Assembly (NCBI GenBank): GCA_048571215.1 | Contig: CP182352.1 | Span: 128,001-192,000, forward strand | Direction of reading: 5' to 3' | Length of the DNA: 64,000 bases | Origin: Halarcobacter sp. | GTDB lineage: Bacteria; Campylobacterota; Campylobacteria; Campylobacterales; Arcobacteraceae | Shown: one piece after another, positions 19,660 through 30,904 of the stretch | How the letters are laid out: every line of letters starts with the position of its first letter | How positions within the stretch are numbered: position 1 is the first letter of the stretch | Notes under the pieces: generated by a model | What the model saw: the letters and a program-made list of their open reading frames with translations, nothing else | Database searches by the model: none | What the model was told of the DNA's origin: nothing | Translations under genes and position numbers: made by a program

Positions 19660-21060
19660 ATGAGTAATAATGAGTTAAAAGTAAATAAACACAACTATCG
19701 TATTATAAAAAATGATAGTGATAATTTACTATTTCATGTTCCCTCTAGTTCTTTATATGAATTAGATAAAGATGGGATAGATTTAATTAATAGAGTTGAA
19801 AATAAAAATCTTACAAAAGAGGATTTTTTTGGGGAAGATTTACAGATGCTTCATAAGCTGAATGTTGTTGGAACTGAAGAGGTACAAGATTATATTGAAG
19901 TGAAAAATTTTCCAGCAACAACGCTTATTTTAAATATTGCATCTGGATGTAATCTAAGTTGTACCTATTGTTATAAGGCTGATTTAGAGACACTTAAAAA
20001 TAGTGGAAATATGACATATGAAACAGCAATAGAAGCAATAAATCACCTATATGATGGGGCACCAAATCAAAAGAGATACAATATAACTTTTTTTGGAGGT
20101 GAGCCTTTAAGTAATATTGAATTGATAAAAGAGATTACAAATTACTCAAATGAGTTTTTCAAAAAAAGAAAAGCAAATGTAGATTTTACAATCACTACAA
20201 ATGCAACACTTTTGACAAAAGAGATTATTGAGTTTTTAAAAGAGAATCAATTTGGAATCACTATTAGTATAGATGGACCAAAGGCTATTCATAATAAAAC
20301 AAGACTTACAAATAGTGGAAGTGGAAGTTATGACATGGTTAAAAAGAAAGCTGAAATGCTACTATCTATGTATAGAGATAGACCAATTGGAGCAAGGGTT
20401 ACTTTAACAAGAGGAATAACTCAAATCGATGAGATTTGGGAACACTTATTCAATGACTTAAAATTTGCAGAAGTTGGTTTTGCACCAGCAACTGCCAGTG
20501 ATAACTCTATTTTTAATCTAAGTGAAGAGGAGTTGTTAAATGTCTTTGAAGGATTTAAACAATTAGGAGAAAAATATATTGATTCAGCTTTAAAAGGTGA
20601 GTTTAATGGTTTTTCAAATCTTCATAGATTAATAGGTGATATACATGCAGGAAGAAAGAAAAAACTTCCTTGTGGTGCAGGGGTTGGTTTATTATCAGTA
20701 AGTTATGATGGAAATTTTGATTTATGTCATAGATTTACAGGAAGTGATTTTACAAACTTTGGAAATGTAAAAACTGGACTTGATAAACCAAAGCTTTCAA
20801 ACTTTATTGAAAAAAGATTGAATACAAATGATGGGGATTGTTCAACTTGTCATATTAGAAATCTATGCGCTGGTGGATGTTATCATGAAAGTTATATAAG
20901 ATATAACGACCCATCAAAAGCGGTACTTCATTACTGCGATATTATGAGAGATTGGATTGATTTTGGCTTAATGGCATATTCAAAAATTAGAAATAACAAT
21001 CCAGAGTTTTTTGACAAATATTTTAAAGAAGAAAAAGGAGATACAAATGGGCTTATTTAA
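19660..21060 (+). CDS. qhpD: Radical SAM/SPASM thioether-forming maturase
   Basis: [19 protein letters not shown] motifs CGAG...CHRF and [16 protein letters not shown]. Confidence 0.95.
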   Translation: MSNNELKVNKHNYRIIKNDSDNLLFHVPSSSLYELDKDGIDLINRVENKNLTKEDFFGEDLQMLHKLNVVGTEEVQDYIEVKNFPATTLILNIASGCNLSCTYCYKADLETLKNSGNMTYETAIEAINHLYDGAPNQKRYNITFFGGEPLSNIELIKEITNYSNEFFKKRKANVDFTITTNATLLTKEIIEFLKENQFGITISIDGPKAIHNKTRLTNSGSGSYDMVKKKAEMLLSMYRDRPIGARVTLTRGITQIDEIWEHLFNDLKFAEVGFAPATASDNSIFNLSEEELLNVFEGFKQLGEKYIDSALKGEFNGFSNLHRLIGDIHAGRKKKLPCGAGVGLLSVSYDGNFDLCHRFTGSDFTNFGNVKTGLDKPKLSNFIEKRLNTNDGDCSTCHIRNLCAGGCYHESYIRYNDPSKAVLHYCDIMRDWIDFGLMAYSKIRNNNPEFFDKYFKEEKGDTNGLI

Positions 21061-21370
21061 ACCTTTAAATCCAAAAGCAGATTTATTAAATAAATCTATA
21101 AAAGAGGGAACACAAAAAGAAGTAGTTGCTATGCAAAGTATAGTTGGATGTACATCAACATTTGACCCAGGTTGGGAAGTTGATGCCTTTGGTGGAGTGG
21201 CAGGACTTTGTCAACCAATGGAGGCAGATCTTTATGGTTGTGCTGATCCTTGTTGGTGGCCTGCTCAAGTACCTGATACTATGAATAATCCACAATGGAG
21301 TGCACAAGCAGCTGATAGTGTAAAAGGTTGGCGAAATCTAACAACAATTTATCCAGATGATATGAATTGA
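21047..21370 (+). CDS. qhpC: QHNDH gamma subunit (CTQ-cofactor precursor peptide)
   Basis: SD AAGGAG; 28-aa leader ending EVVA; core [18 protein letters not shown]...[24 protein letters not shown] retains C7/E16, C27/D33, C41/D49 and C37/W43. Confidence 0.97.
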   Translation: MGLFKPLNPKADLLNKSIKEGTQKEVVAMQSIVGCTSTFDPGWEVDAFGGVAGLCQPMEADLYGCADPCWWPAQVPDTMNNPQWSAQAADSVKGWRNLTTIYPDDMN

Positions 21371-21378
21371 GGTATAAA

Positions 21379-22518
21379 ATGAAAAGAATAAAATTATTAA
21401 CATTAGTATTAGTAACTGGACTTATCTCTGGTTGTAGTATAAGTACTCAGCCTAAAACACTTGAAAAAGGCAAATTAGAGAGTTCTTTACAATTAAAAAA
21501 TGATAGAGATTATGTAACATATGTTACAAAGGGAAATTATTTAAATATAATTGATGGGAAAGAGCATAAATTATTTAAAAGTTGTAAACTAAGTGGAGCT
21601 CAATCTCCAGGTGGACTTATAATCTCAAAAGATGGGACAAAAGCATTTATATTGCAAAACAATTCAAGAGGTATCAATGGATACAATTTAAACACTTGTG
21701 AAAGGTTTTTTAGTGTTGATTTCAATCATGATAATGTGATTGGTACCTCAATGTTCTCTTTTAATCTAAGTGCAGATAATAAACAACTTTATGCAATTGC
21801 AAATGAAGTTGAAAAACAAATTGATAGATATAAAGTTTTAGATCCAAAATTTATGGTGTATAACATTGAAGATGGATTAGATGCAAAACCAATAAAAAGT
21901 TTTAAAGCACCAAGACAAATATCTGTTATGGGTGTAGATGATATGAATAATGTTTACGCAGCTGGTTCAGAATTGTATAAAATAGATGCTAACGCAGGCA
22001 AAATAACTATTGCTGCAAAACTTAGAACATGGACAAGAGCAAACTATTCACAACCAGACTCTTTAGCAATGTGGCCAATTGGTCAACAATCAGATGAGTT
22101 TTTACTAATGTATACAGCAGCCAAATTCAAAGATGATAAAATGGAAGGTGAACCTGAAATTATTTGGGGATATACAAGAGTAGATTTAAAAACTGGTAAG
22201 ATAGTACAAAAAGATTTAGCTCCTTTTGAAACTATTATGTTTACAGCAATGACAAATCCAAAAGATAAAAATCAACTTTTTGGAGTTTTAACAGATTTAA
22301 GCAAATTTGATAGAAAAGAACAAAAGCTAATAAAAAGAGTAGATTTAGATCATACTTATTACTCTTTAAGTTTTGCTACAGATGGACATGAGTTATATAT
22401 TGCAGGTTTAAATAATATCTTAATTGTAGATCCTGAAACATTAGAAACAAAAGAAAAACTTGAATTACCTTATGGTGATATTGGTGCAGGTACTCTACAA
22501 GTATTTAGGGTTAAATAG
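21379..22518 (+). CDS. qhpB: QHNDH beta subunit (beta-propeller)
   Basis: Follows qhpC; APRQISVM, YSQPDSLAMWP, LDHTYY; lipobox-like LISGC. Confidence 0.9.
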   Translation: MKRIKLLTLVLVTGLISGCSISTQPKTLEKGKLESSLQLKNDRDYVTYVTKGNYLNIIDGKEHKLFKSCKLSGAQSPGGLIISKDGTKAFILQNNSRGINGYNLNTCERFFSVDFNHDNVIGTSMFSFNLSADNKQLYAIANEVEKQIDRYKVLDPKFMVYNIEDGLDAKPIKSFKAPRQISVMGVDDMNNVYAAGSELYKIDANAGKITIAAKLRTWTRANYSQPDSLAMWPIGQQSDEFLLMYTAAKFKDDKMEGEPEIIWGYTRVDLKTGKIVQKDLAPFETIMFTAMTNPKDKNQLFGVLTDLSKFDRKEQKLIKRVDLDHTYYSLSFATDGHELYIAGLNNILIVDPETLETKEKLELPYGDIGAGTLQVFRVK

Positions 22519-22520
22519 TT

Positions 22521-24170
22521 ATGAAAAACAAAGCGCTTAATAGTTTAATATCTTATATAAAAAAAGAGAATATAACTATTATTTTACTACTTGGTATCTC
22601 AATGATATCAAGTGGTATTGCTGTTATTCAACCATTATTGATGCAAAAGTTTATCGATGAAGCTTTAGTATTAAAAGATATTGATAACTTCTATTTTTAT
22701 GTGATTTTAATCGCATCTATCTCTGTTTTTTCTATTGCATTATCTGTATTTTTACAATATAGATATACTAAGCTTTCTGTAAAAATCTTATACAACTTAA
22801 GGGTTGATATTTTTGAAAAGATATTTTCAAACAATAAACTATTTTTTCAAAAAAATCAAATAGGGGATTTACTCTCAAGACTTCAAGGTGATATTAGCGA
22901 ATTACAAAGATTTGGAGTTGATTCTCTTTTTGCTCTTTTTTCAGCTATTTTAGGTCTTATTGGGGCAATTGTTGTAATGTTTTTTTATGATGCCACTTTA
23001 GCTTTTTTTGCACTTATTTTATTTCCTATAGAGTTTTTTTTATTAAAGCCTATGTATCCTAAAATGCATGAAGTTACCAAAGAAGTAAGACAAAGTAGTG
23101 CAATTATTGGAAGTTTTATTATTGAGTCTTTACGTTATGTAAGTTTTCTAAAAAACTTCAATAGTATAGAAAATAGAAAAGAAAATCTAATCACACTTCA
23201 AAAACATAATCAAAATAGAATTTTAAATCAACAAAGAGTACAAATCATTTTTGCTCAAATCCCTTTAATAGTGAGTCTAATTGCAAGGGTTGCTTTGATT
23301 GTTTTTGGAGGACTAAGGGTAATAAGCGGGGAACTTTCAATAGGGGAGTTAATAGCCTTTTTGAGTTATTTTACTATGGTTTTGTCTCCCGTACATACTG
23401 TTTTGGGTATTTTAAACAATATACCTAAACTAAAAGTTAGTATCAATAGATTAAATGAGATATTGCCTGAGAATTTAGATACTAATGAAAATGAAAACTT
23501 GCCAGAAAAAATAGATATTGAGTTTAGAAATATAGGTTTTTCATATGATAATTCACCTTTATTATTTGATAACCTAAATTTAAAAATATTTTTTGGAGAA
23601 AAAGTTGTTTTAACAGGTTCTAATGGGATAGGAAAAAGTACCTTGGTTGATTTGCTTTTAAAACTTCTACCAATACAAAAAGGAGAGATATTTTTAGCCA
23701 ATAATAATATTAAAAATATAGACAATAAAGTATTAAATCAAGCTATTGGATTAGTTGAACAAAACCCTGTGATACTTTCATGCACTTTAAGGGAGAACTT
23801 ACTAATTGCCAATAAAAAAATAGAAGATAAAATACTTTTGGAAGTTATAGAAAAAGTTGGTTTAACTCCTTGGTTTGAGGGCTTACCATTAGGCTTAGAG
23901 AGTGTTTTAAGTGAAGATGGACAAAGTTTATCAGGTGGTCAAAAACAAAGGATTTCTATAGCTAGACAGATTTTAAAAAATCCTTCAATTTTAATTATGG
24001 ATGAGCCAACTTCATCTTTAGATAAAGAGTTTGTTGAACTCATGGATGCTTTGATTGATGAAAACTTTAAAGACTCAACGAAGATAATTATCTCTCACCA
24101 TTATACTTATAAAAATGCCAGATATTTAAAAGTAGAAAATAAAACTATAAAAGAGTTAAAACATGTCTAA
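22521..24170 (+). CDS. qhpF: ABC exporter (fused TMD-NBD) for QhpC
   Basis: TM domain with GDLLSRLQGDISELQRF; Walker [18 protein letters not shown]; cluster context. Confidence 0.85.
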   Translation: MKNKALNSLISYIKKENITIILLLGISMISSGIAVIQPLLMQKFIDEALVLKDIDNFYFYVILIASISVFSIALSVFLQYRYTKLSVKILYNLRVDIFEKIFSNNKLFFQKNQIGDLLSRLQGDISELQRFGVDSLFALFSAILGLIGAIVVMFFYDATLAFFALILFPIEFFLLKPMYPKMHEVTKEVRQSSAIIGSFIIESLRYVSFLKNFNSIENRKENLITLQKHNQNRILNQQRVQIIFAQIPLIVSLIARVALIVFGGLRVISGELSIGELIAFLSYFTMVLSPVHTVLGILNNIPKLKVSINRLNEILPENLDTNENENLPEKIDIEFRNIGFSYDNSPLLFDNLNLKIFFGEKVVLTGSNGIGKSTLVDLLLKLLPIQKGEIFLANNNIKNIDNKVLNQAIGLVEQNPVILSCTLRENLLIANKKIEDKILLEVIEKVGLTPWFEGLPLGLESVLSEDGQSLSGGQKQRISIARQILKNPSILIMDEPTSSLDKEFVELMDALIDENFKDSTKIIISHHYTYKNARYLKVENKTIKELKHV

Positions 24171-24804
24171 GAGAATCGCTGTAGCTATTTTAGATAGTGG
24201 ATGTAGTTTTGATACCTTTGAAAAAATATCAATAGAGGTAGATGAAAAATACAATTGTAGAATAGAAAAACAAAAAAATATAAATCAAAATCATGGGGAT
24301 GTGATAGCAAATATTATAAAAGATCAAGATATAGATATTTATGATATTCAAGTGTTTACACAAGATCTTACAACTACCCCTTTACATATCTATTATGCCT
24401 TAGAGTATTTACTTGATAAAAAAATTGATGTGATAAATTTAAGTTTGGGTTTGAGTGCAAATTATAAAGAGATAGAAGAACTTTGTAAACAACTTATAAA
24501 AAAAGGGATAACAATAGTAGCTTCTTATCCAAGAAGAGCTAAGGTACAAACCTACCCAGCCTCTTATGAAGATGTTATAAAGGTTACCTCTGAGGGGATG
24601 TGTCTTGATGATAAAGTGGTTGCCCTATATCCCGATAAACTTTTTTTTGGAGCTAATCCTTTTTCAAATAAAAAAGAGGTTGCAGGTTCTAGTGTGGCAG
24701 TTGCAAAGTTTACAAGTGAGTATTGTGCTTACTTACAAAATGGATTTACAAAAGAGCAGATTTTAAAAGAGTTTGAAAAAAGGAGAGTAAATGAACCCTA
24801 CTAA
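24163..24804 (+). CDS. qhpE: Subtilisin-like leader peptidase
   Basis: ILDSG, NHG, INLSLG, YPASY and GSSVA catalytic-triad motifs; cluster context. Confidence 0.85.
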   Translation: MSKRIAVAILDSGCSFDTFEKISIEVDEKYNCRIEKQKNINQNHGDVIANIIKDQDIDIYDIQVFTQDLTTTPLHIYYALEYLLDKKIDVINLSLGLSANYKEIEELCKQLIKKGITIVASYPRRAKVQTYPASYEDVIKVTSEGMCLDDKVVALYPDKLFFGANPFSNKKEVAGSSVAVAKFTSEYCAYLQNGFTKEQILKEFEKRRVNEPY

Positions 24805-26101
24805 AAAAATCATGGTATTAGGTGCTGGCATAGCAGGAGTTACCACTGCAATTGGATTAAAAAAATTAGGATTTGATGTAACAATTATATATAAAAACCG
24901 TCCCTTTAGAGCATATGAAGGACTTAGTCAAAAAACAAAAGATGGTTTCTCTTTACTTGATTGTAAAAACTGTTTTTCACAGTTAAATACTCAATCTGTA
25001 AGAAATTCAAATTGGGCGGGGATGAATAGTCAGGTAAATTATGAATATGTAGTTTGTAGAGATGACTTTGATAAGGCTTTATTACAAGATGCAAAGGAGC
25101 ATAATATTTCACTTATAAGGGGAAATATTCTTGGAAAAATAGATTTTCAAGATAAAGTAAGTGTGAAATATAAAAGTGAAAATATTGAAAATACCTTTGT
25201 AGCAGACTTTGTTGTGGACACCAGAGGAAGATTTACTCCATATAAAAGTGAATATAAACATGGACCTAAAAGCTTTTCTATTTTACAAGAGTTAGAATTA
25301 GATAGTATGAGTCAAAGCAAAACTTCAATTGATACCGTAGAAAACGGTTGGATTTGGCAAGCTTATGTGGGAGAAAATAGAGGATATATTCAATTTACCT
25401 GCGATGAAGAACTTGCAAAAAAAATAGAGAGTTTTGAAGATGTAAAGCCATTTTTAGAGAATCAAGGTATCGATTTATGGAGTTTAAAAAATCATAAATT
25501 AAAAGGCTCTTTAGTAAAAAGAGATTCCTATTGTAAAGTACATAAAACAATTGTTACAGATAAAATGATATTAGTTGGAGATAGTGCTTCAAGTATTGAC
25601 CCACTTTCAGGGAATGGAGTTTTTCAAGCATTGAGTATGTCAAGTATTGCTCCGTATGTTATAAATACTATTTTAAATAGAGAAAAAAATAAAGAGATTG
25701 CAATAGATTTTTATAAAAAAAGAGTGAATTATATTTTTGAAAAGTTTTCAAAGGTTGGTAAAGATTTTTATTCTTTAGAAAAAAGATTCAAAACAGATTT
25801 TTGGATAAAAAGACAAACTTGGCCTTTAAATACTATTCAGGATGAGAGTATAAAGATTGCAAATTATGCCATTGTAAAAGATGGGTTTATAGAACCTAAA
25901 GAGGTAGTTATAACAAAAGACAATCCCCTTGGTATCTATTTTTTAGGAAATATTGAAATAGTTGAATTGGTTAAATATTGTTTAAATAATAGTGTAGAAA
26001 AAGCCTTAAACTTTTTTGATGATTTTTGTGAGAAAAAAAGTTTATCTTTAGATAGTAGGATATTTTTGAAAAAATGGTTATTGAATCAAAGTATAATATA
26101 G
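24791..26101 (+). CDS. qhpG: FAD-dependent monooxygenase (QhpC Trp hydroxylase)
   Basis: GAGIAG, DTRGR, VGDSASSIDPLSGNGVFQALS; cluster context. Confidence 0.85.
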   Translation: MNPTKKIMVLGAGIAGVTTAIGLKKLGFDVTIIYKNRPFRAYEGLSQKTKDGFSLLDCKNCFSQLNTQSVRNSNWAGMNSQVNYEYVVCRDDFDKALLQDAKEHNISLIRGNILGKIDFQDKVSVKYKSENIENTFVADFVVDTRGRFTPYKSEYKHGPKSFSILQELELDSMSQSKTSIDTVENGWIWQAYVGENRGYIQFTCDEELAKKIESFEDVKPFLENQGIDLWSLKNHKLKGSLVKRDSYCKVHKTIVTDKMILVGDSASSIDPLSGNGVFQALSMSSIAPYVINTILNREKNKEIAIDFYKKRVNYIFEKFSKVGKDFYSLEKRFKTDFWIKRQTWPLNTIQDESIKIANYAIVKDGFIEPKEVVITKDNPLGIYFLGNIEIVELVKYCLNNSVEKALNFFDDFCEKKSLSLDSRIFLKKWLLNQSII

Positions 26102-26103
26102 AT

Positions 26104-26979
26104 TTACTCTTTTTTTAACTTTATCTCTGCAAGTAATAGTGCAGTTATTATTAATCCAGCACCAAAAAATTGTGTCATAGTTAATAATTCATTTCCTACA
26201 AAATATCCATAAACACCTGCACTTACAGGTTCCATTGAAAAAATAATTGCAGTTTTTGTTGGAGTTGTAAACTGTTGCATATAGGTTTGAATTAAAAATG
26301 CATAGACTGTAGCAAAAATTGAAGTAAGTACTATAGCTTTAACAAATGGACTACTTAGTGTTATATTAAATGTAATATCATCTAAAGATAGAGAAAATAT
26401 TAGTGAATATATTGTTACAGTTAAAAATTGAATAAGAACAAGCATAAAGACATTTACTCTTTTTGAGTATTTGTCTGTAAATAAAATCTGTAAAGCAAAT
26501 AAAGCGGAGCAAATAAGTGATAATAACTCTCCATAACCAAGTATTAACTTCCCACTCATTGTTAATAGGTATAGACCAATAACCGCAATAATTGAACCTA
26601 AAAAGACCATTTTTCTAACATGGTCTTTAAATATCACATAGGCAAAAAATGGAACTAAAATTACATTAAGTCCTGTTATAAAAGCTACTATTGAACTTTT
26701 TGTATGGGCAAGTCCAAAGGTTTGTGTAGCAAAAGCAAAAAATAAAAAACTTCCCAATATAAATCCATAAAAGATAGTTTGTTTATTTATTTTGTCATAA
26801 AATTTATATGAAATAAAAGCCATTAGAATTGTAGCTATTAAAAATCTATAAAATAAAAAAGCATATACAGGTATCGTGGTAATAGCCTCTTGAACCATCA
26901 AAAAGGTTACACCCCAAGCAATTGCAACTGTCAAGAGTAGGAAGTCTGCTCTAAATTCAAGTAGTTTTTTTCTATTCAA
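26104..26979 (-). CDS. DMT/EamA family transporter
   Basis: About 10 TM helices; AWGVTF, AFITGLNVILVP, IFSMEPV. Confidence 0.85.
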   Translation of the reverse strand: MNRKKLLEFRADFLLLTVAIAWGVTFLMVQEAITTIPVYAFLFYRFLIATILMAFISYKFYDKINKQTIFYGFILGSFLFFAFATQTFGLAHTKSSIVAFITGLNVILVPFFAYVIFKDHVRKMVFLGSIIAVIGLYLLTMSGKLILGYGELLSLICSALFALQILFTDKYSKRVNVFMLVLIQFLTVTIYSLIFSLSLDDITFNITLSSPFVKAIVLTSIFATVYAFLIQTYMQQFTTPTKTAIIFSMEPVSAGVYGYFVGNELLTMTQFFGAGLIITALLLAEIKLKKE

Positions 26980-27126
26980 ATATATCTCCTAAATAAAGAG
27001 AAGAATTATACATATAAGTTGATTAAAGTTTTAGTTTTTAAAAAATTGTATAATTGTTGCACATTTATATACAAATTTAAATCTATTTATTATATTATAA
27101 TTGATTAGACAAAAAAAAGAGATAAA

Positions 27127-27867
27127 ATGAGTGACAATATTATTAGTATGAATAAAATTGATAAGTATTATGATGATTTTCATGTTTTAAAGGGTATCGA
27201 TTTTAATGTGAAAAAAGGTGAAATTGTAGTAGTTTGTGGACCATCAGGTTCAGGTAAATCAACACTTATTAGATGTATTAATGGCTTGGAAGATATTGAT
27301 ACAGGAACAATAATTGTGGATAAAATTGATATAAATGAGAGTAAAAAAAATCTACAAACTATTAGAGGTGAAGTTGGGATGGTATTTCAACACTTTAATC
27401 TTTTTCCCCATTTAACAATATTAGAAAATATTACATTAGCACCAGGATTAGTTAAAAAAGTTAAAAAAGCAGAAGCTAGAAAGATTGCTATGGAATTACT
27501 TGCAAAAGTAAAACTAGAACATAAAGCAGATGCTTATCCAGGTGATTTAAGTGGTGGTCAAAAACAAAGAGTAGCAATTGCAAGAAGTTTAGCAATGAAA
27601 CCAAAAGTTATTCTTTTTGATGAACCTACATCTGCTTTGGATCCTGAAACAATAGGGGATGTTTTATCAGTTATGAAAGATTTAGCACATGAAAAGTTTA
27701 CAATTGTTTGTGTAACTCATGAAATGGGTTTTGCTAAAGAGGTTGGAGATAAAATTGTATTTATGGATCAAGGAGTAATTGTTGAAGAAAATACACCTGA
27801 AGAGTTCTTTAAAAATCCAAAAAGTCAAAGAGCAAAAGATTTTCTAAAAGAGATTTTAACACATTAA
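27127..27867 (+). CDS. Polar amino-acid ABC transporter ATPase (GlnQ-like)
   Basis: [40 protein letters not shown]. Confidence 0.95.
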   Translation: MSDNIISMNKIDKYYDDFHVLKGIDFNVKKGEIVVVCGPSGSGKSTLIRCINGLEDIDTGTIIVDKIDINESKKNLQTIRGEVGMVFQHFNLFPHLTILENITLAPGLVKKVKKAEARKIAMELLAKVKLEHKADAYPGDLSGGQKQRVAIARSLAMKPKVILFDEPTSALDPETIGDVLSVMKDLAHEKFTIVCVTHEMGFAKEVGDKIVFMDQGVIVEENTPEEFFKNPKSQRAKDFLKEILTH

Positions 27868-27878
27868 AAGGAGAAACA

Positions 27879-28694
27879 GTGAAAAAACTAGTATTAGCAC
27901 TAATGGTATTTGCTACATTTAATCTATTAGCAGATGATATAAATTTATGGAAAAAATCTACATTAAACAAGATTTTACAAAAAGGTGAATTAGAAGTATG
28001 TATGGAACCAGGATATATGCCTTTTGAGATGAAAGATAAAAAAGGAAGAATTATAGGTTATGATGTAGATATGGCTAAAAGAATGGCAAAAGATATGGGA
28101 GTTAAATTAAAACTTCTTCCAACTGCTTGGGATGGTATTATTGCAGCATTAGTTACAGGTAAGTGTGATATTATTATGTCTGGTATGACTATTACTCAAC
28201 AAAGAAATCTAAAAATAAATTTTGCTGACCCTTATGTAGTTGTTGGTCAAACAATTCTAATGAAAAATGAACTAAAGGGTAAAATTAAAACTGCCAAAGA
28301 TTTAGATAAACCAGAATATACAATTGTTACTAAACTTGGTGTTACAGGTGAAGTTGCAACTAGAAAATTTTTCAAGAAAGCAAAAATTGTAACTTTTGAA
28401 ACTGAAGCTGATGGTTCATCTGAAGTATTAAGTGGAAAAGCAGATGCCTTTGTTTATGATCAACCATATAACATTTTATTTATGAGTGATAAAGGTAAAG
28501 GAAAATTAGTTCATTTAGATGAACCTTTAACTTATGAACCATTAGGCTGGGCTATTAGAAAAGGTGACCCAGATTTTCTTAATTGGTTAAATAACTTTTT
28601 AAGACAAGTAAAAGAAGATAAAGTTGTTGGCTTTTACGATAATATAAATCAAAAATGGCTAAAAGATACTGATTGGTTAAAAAGAGTTCAGTAA
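27879..28694 (+). CDS. Polar amino-acid ABC substrate-binding protein
   Basis: Signal peptide; PGYMPFE, GYDVD, WDGIIAAL, SGMTITQQR. Confidence 0.9.
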   Translation: MKKLVLALMVFATFNLLADDINLWKKSTLNKILQKGELEVCMEPGYMPFEMKDKKGRIIGYDVDMAKRMAKDMGVKLKLLPTAWDGIIAALVTGKCDIIMSGMTITQQRNLKINFADPYVVVGQTILMKNELKGKIKTAKDLDKPEYTIVTKLGVTGEVATRKFFKKAKIVTFETEADGSSEVLSGKADAFVYDQPYNILFMSDKGKGKLVHLDEPLTYEPLGWAIRKGDPDFLNWLNNFLRQVKEDKVVGFYDNINQKWLKDTDWLKRVQ

Positions 28695-28697
28695 TAA

Positions 28698-29663
28698 ATG
28701 GCTAGAAAACAATCATGGACACAAAATAAAAACACAGGGCATTTAATTGCCCTAGTGTTTTATGTATTAGTTGGATACTTCTTCTATATGGCTGCTTCAA
28801 GTATGAACTATGTTTGGAAGTGGAATTCAGTTCCTAAATATTTTGCATATGAAGAAACTATAAATATAGAGTCCCCAGCAGATGGAAAACTAGTATTAGA
28901 AAATGGCAAGTACTTTATTGTAGGTGATGATAAAGTAGAATTAACTAATTTGGATAGTAGTTTTTCATTTGATTATAAGATTGGAGATTATGTTTATCAA
29001 TATGATTATATTGCTTCAAAAACACAAACAAAAGCTGGTCCAATTTTAAATGGGCTTTGGGTAACTTTAAAAATATCCTTTTTTGCAGGAATATTAACCT
29101 TCTTTATTGGTATTATTGTTGCTTTTATGAAACTCTCGTCCTTGAGTTTTTTAAGAAGTATAGCAACAGTTTATATTACAATTGTAAGGGGTACTCCTCT
29201 TCTTGTACAGATATTCTTATTTTATTTTATTATTGCAAATATATTTGAATTAGAGAGATTTATTGCGGGGGTTTTATCTTTAGGTATTTTCTTTGGTGCA
29301 TATATGGCAGAGATATTAAGAGGTGCGATTCAATCTATTGATAAAGGGCAACTTGAAGCATCTACATCTTTAGGTATTTCAAATTTTCAAGCAATGAGAT
29401 ATATCATTTTACCTCAGGCTTTTAAAAGAGCATTGCCAACATTAGTTGGTGAGATGATTGCACTTGTAAAAGATTCATCTTTAGTTTCTGTTATCTCAAT
29501 TACCGATTTAACTAAAGTTGGGAAAGAGATTGTTGCAAATACATTTTCTCCTTTTGAAACATGGATAGTAGTAGCACTTTTATATTTATGTATTACTTCA
29601 ATTTTGAGTTTTATTGGACATAGAATAGAGAAAAATATGCAAGCTAAAGGTGGAATAAATTAA
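28698..29663 (+). CDS. Polar amino-acid ABC permease
   Basis: RGTPLLVQ, AYMAEILRGAIQSIDKGQLEA, ILPQAFKR, KDSSL. Confidence 0.92.
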   Translation: MARKQSWTQNKNTGHLIALVFYVLVGYFFYMAASSMNYVWKWNSVPKYFAYEETINIESPADGKLVLENGKYFIVGDDKVELTNLDSSFSFDYKIGDYVYQYDYIASKTQTKAGPILNGLWVTLKISFFAGILTFFIGIIVAFMKLSSLSFLRSIATVYITIVRGTPLLVQIFLFYFIIANIFELERFIAGVLSLGIFFGAYMAEILRGAIQSIDKGQLEASTSLGISNFQAMRYIILPQAFKRALPTLVGEMIALVKDSSLVSVISITDLTKVGKEIVANTFSPFETWIVVALLYLCITSILSFIGHRIEKNMQAKGGIN

Positions 29664-30287
29664 TTGGAAATTTTTCAAAATTTCTTACAGCAAACAATAA
29701 CTTTTTTTGCGATAATGGACCCCATAGGAGTTAGTGCAATAGCACTATCTCTTTTAAGTACAAATACTACAAAAACACAAATATCAATTATCGCAAAAAA
29801 AACTACAACCACTATACTTATAGCTTTTTTTGTAGTTTTGTTAAGTGGAGATCTAATTTTAAAACTTTTTGGAATACATGAAGATTCATTAAAAGTAATG
29901 GGTGGGATAATTCTTCTTCTTATGGCGATTACAATGGTTAGAGGAGGTGCTACTAAAAATAAAAAAGATGATAATGAAAAAGATGATCAAGAGTTAGCAG
30001 TCATACCTATTGGAATCCCAATTGCTTTTGGTACGGGTTTATTTACAACTATCATTATTTTTAAAAACCAAGTAGAAAATAGTGTAGAACTATTTTCATT
30101 GGTTCTTGCTTTTTGTATTAATGCTTTGATTTTTTATATTGTGTTAAAAAACTCTATATATATTAAAAAATATTTAGGAATGACAGGTCAGAATATCATT
30201 ACAAAACTTATGGGACTTATTGTTGGAGCTTTAGCAGTTCAGTTTATAATCTCAGGAGTAGTTCACTTATCTCAAAGCTATTTATGA
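29664..30287 (+). CDS. MarC family membrane protein
   Basis: FAIMDPIG, GGIILLLMA, IPIGIP, ITKLMGLI. Confidence 0.85.
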   Translation: MEIFQNFLQQTITFFAIMDPIGVSAIALSLLSTNTTKTQISIIAKKTTTTILIAFFVVLLSGDLILKLFGIHEDSLKVMGGIILLLMAITMVRGGATKNKKDDNEKDDQELAVIPIGIPIAFGTGLFTTIIIFKNQVENSVELFSLVLAFCINALIFYIVLKNSIYIKKYLGMTGQNIITKLMGLIVGALAVQFIISGVVHLSQSYL

Positions 30288-30904
30288 TGGAACTAGATAC
30301 TTTTTTTAGAGGTTTTATTATTACAATTACTTTGATTGTAGCAATTGGAGCTCAAAATGCATATATTTTAAAACTTGGGCTTTTAAGACAACATGTATTA
30401 AAAGCAGCATTGTTTTGTATTTTTTCAGATATATTTTTAATTAGTGCTGGAGTATTTGGTCTTGGATATTTTATAAGAGGTGAACAACTTTTTATAAATG
30501 GTATTGCAATCTTTGGGATAGTATTTTTATGTTTTTATGCTTTTTTATCTTTTAAATCAGCGTTTAATAATGAATCATTAAGAATAGATGACCAAGTAAA
30601 AACAAATCCCTTAAAACAAGTTCTAATATTACTTTTTGTATTTACATATTTAAATCCACATACTTACTTAGATACAGTACTTTTAATTGGTGGGATTGGT
30701 GCAAATATAGAAGCTAATTTAAAAATATATTTTATTACAGGTTGTGGATTAGCTTCTTCTATCTGGTTTTTATCCTTAGCATACGGGGCAAGGCTTTTAA
30801 TACCTTTATTTAAAAAACCAATAACATGGAAAGTTTTGGATATATCAATTGGATTGTTAATGCTTTATATTGCATACTCATTAAAAGATTTAATTGTTTT
30901 TTAA
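30284..30904 (+). CDS. LysE/ArgO family amino-acid exporter
   Basis: LIVAIGAQNAYIL and TYLNPHTYLDTVLLIG. Confidence 0.9.
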   Translation: MMELDTFFRGFIITITLIVAIGAQNAYILKLGLLRQHVLKAALFCIFSDIFLISAGVFGLGYFIRGEQLFINGIAIFGIVFLCFYAFLSFKSAFNNESLRIDDQVKTNPLKQVLILLFVFTYLNPHTYLDTVLLIGGIGANIEANLKIYFITGCGLASSIWFLSLAYGARLLIPLFKKPITWKVLDISIGLLMLYIAYSLKDLIVF

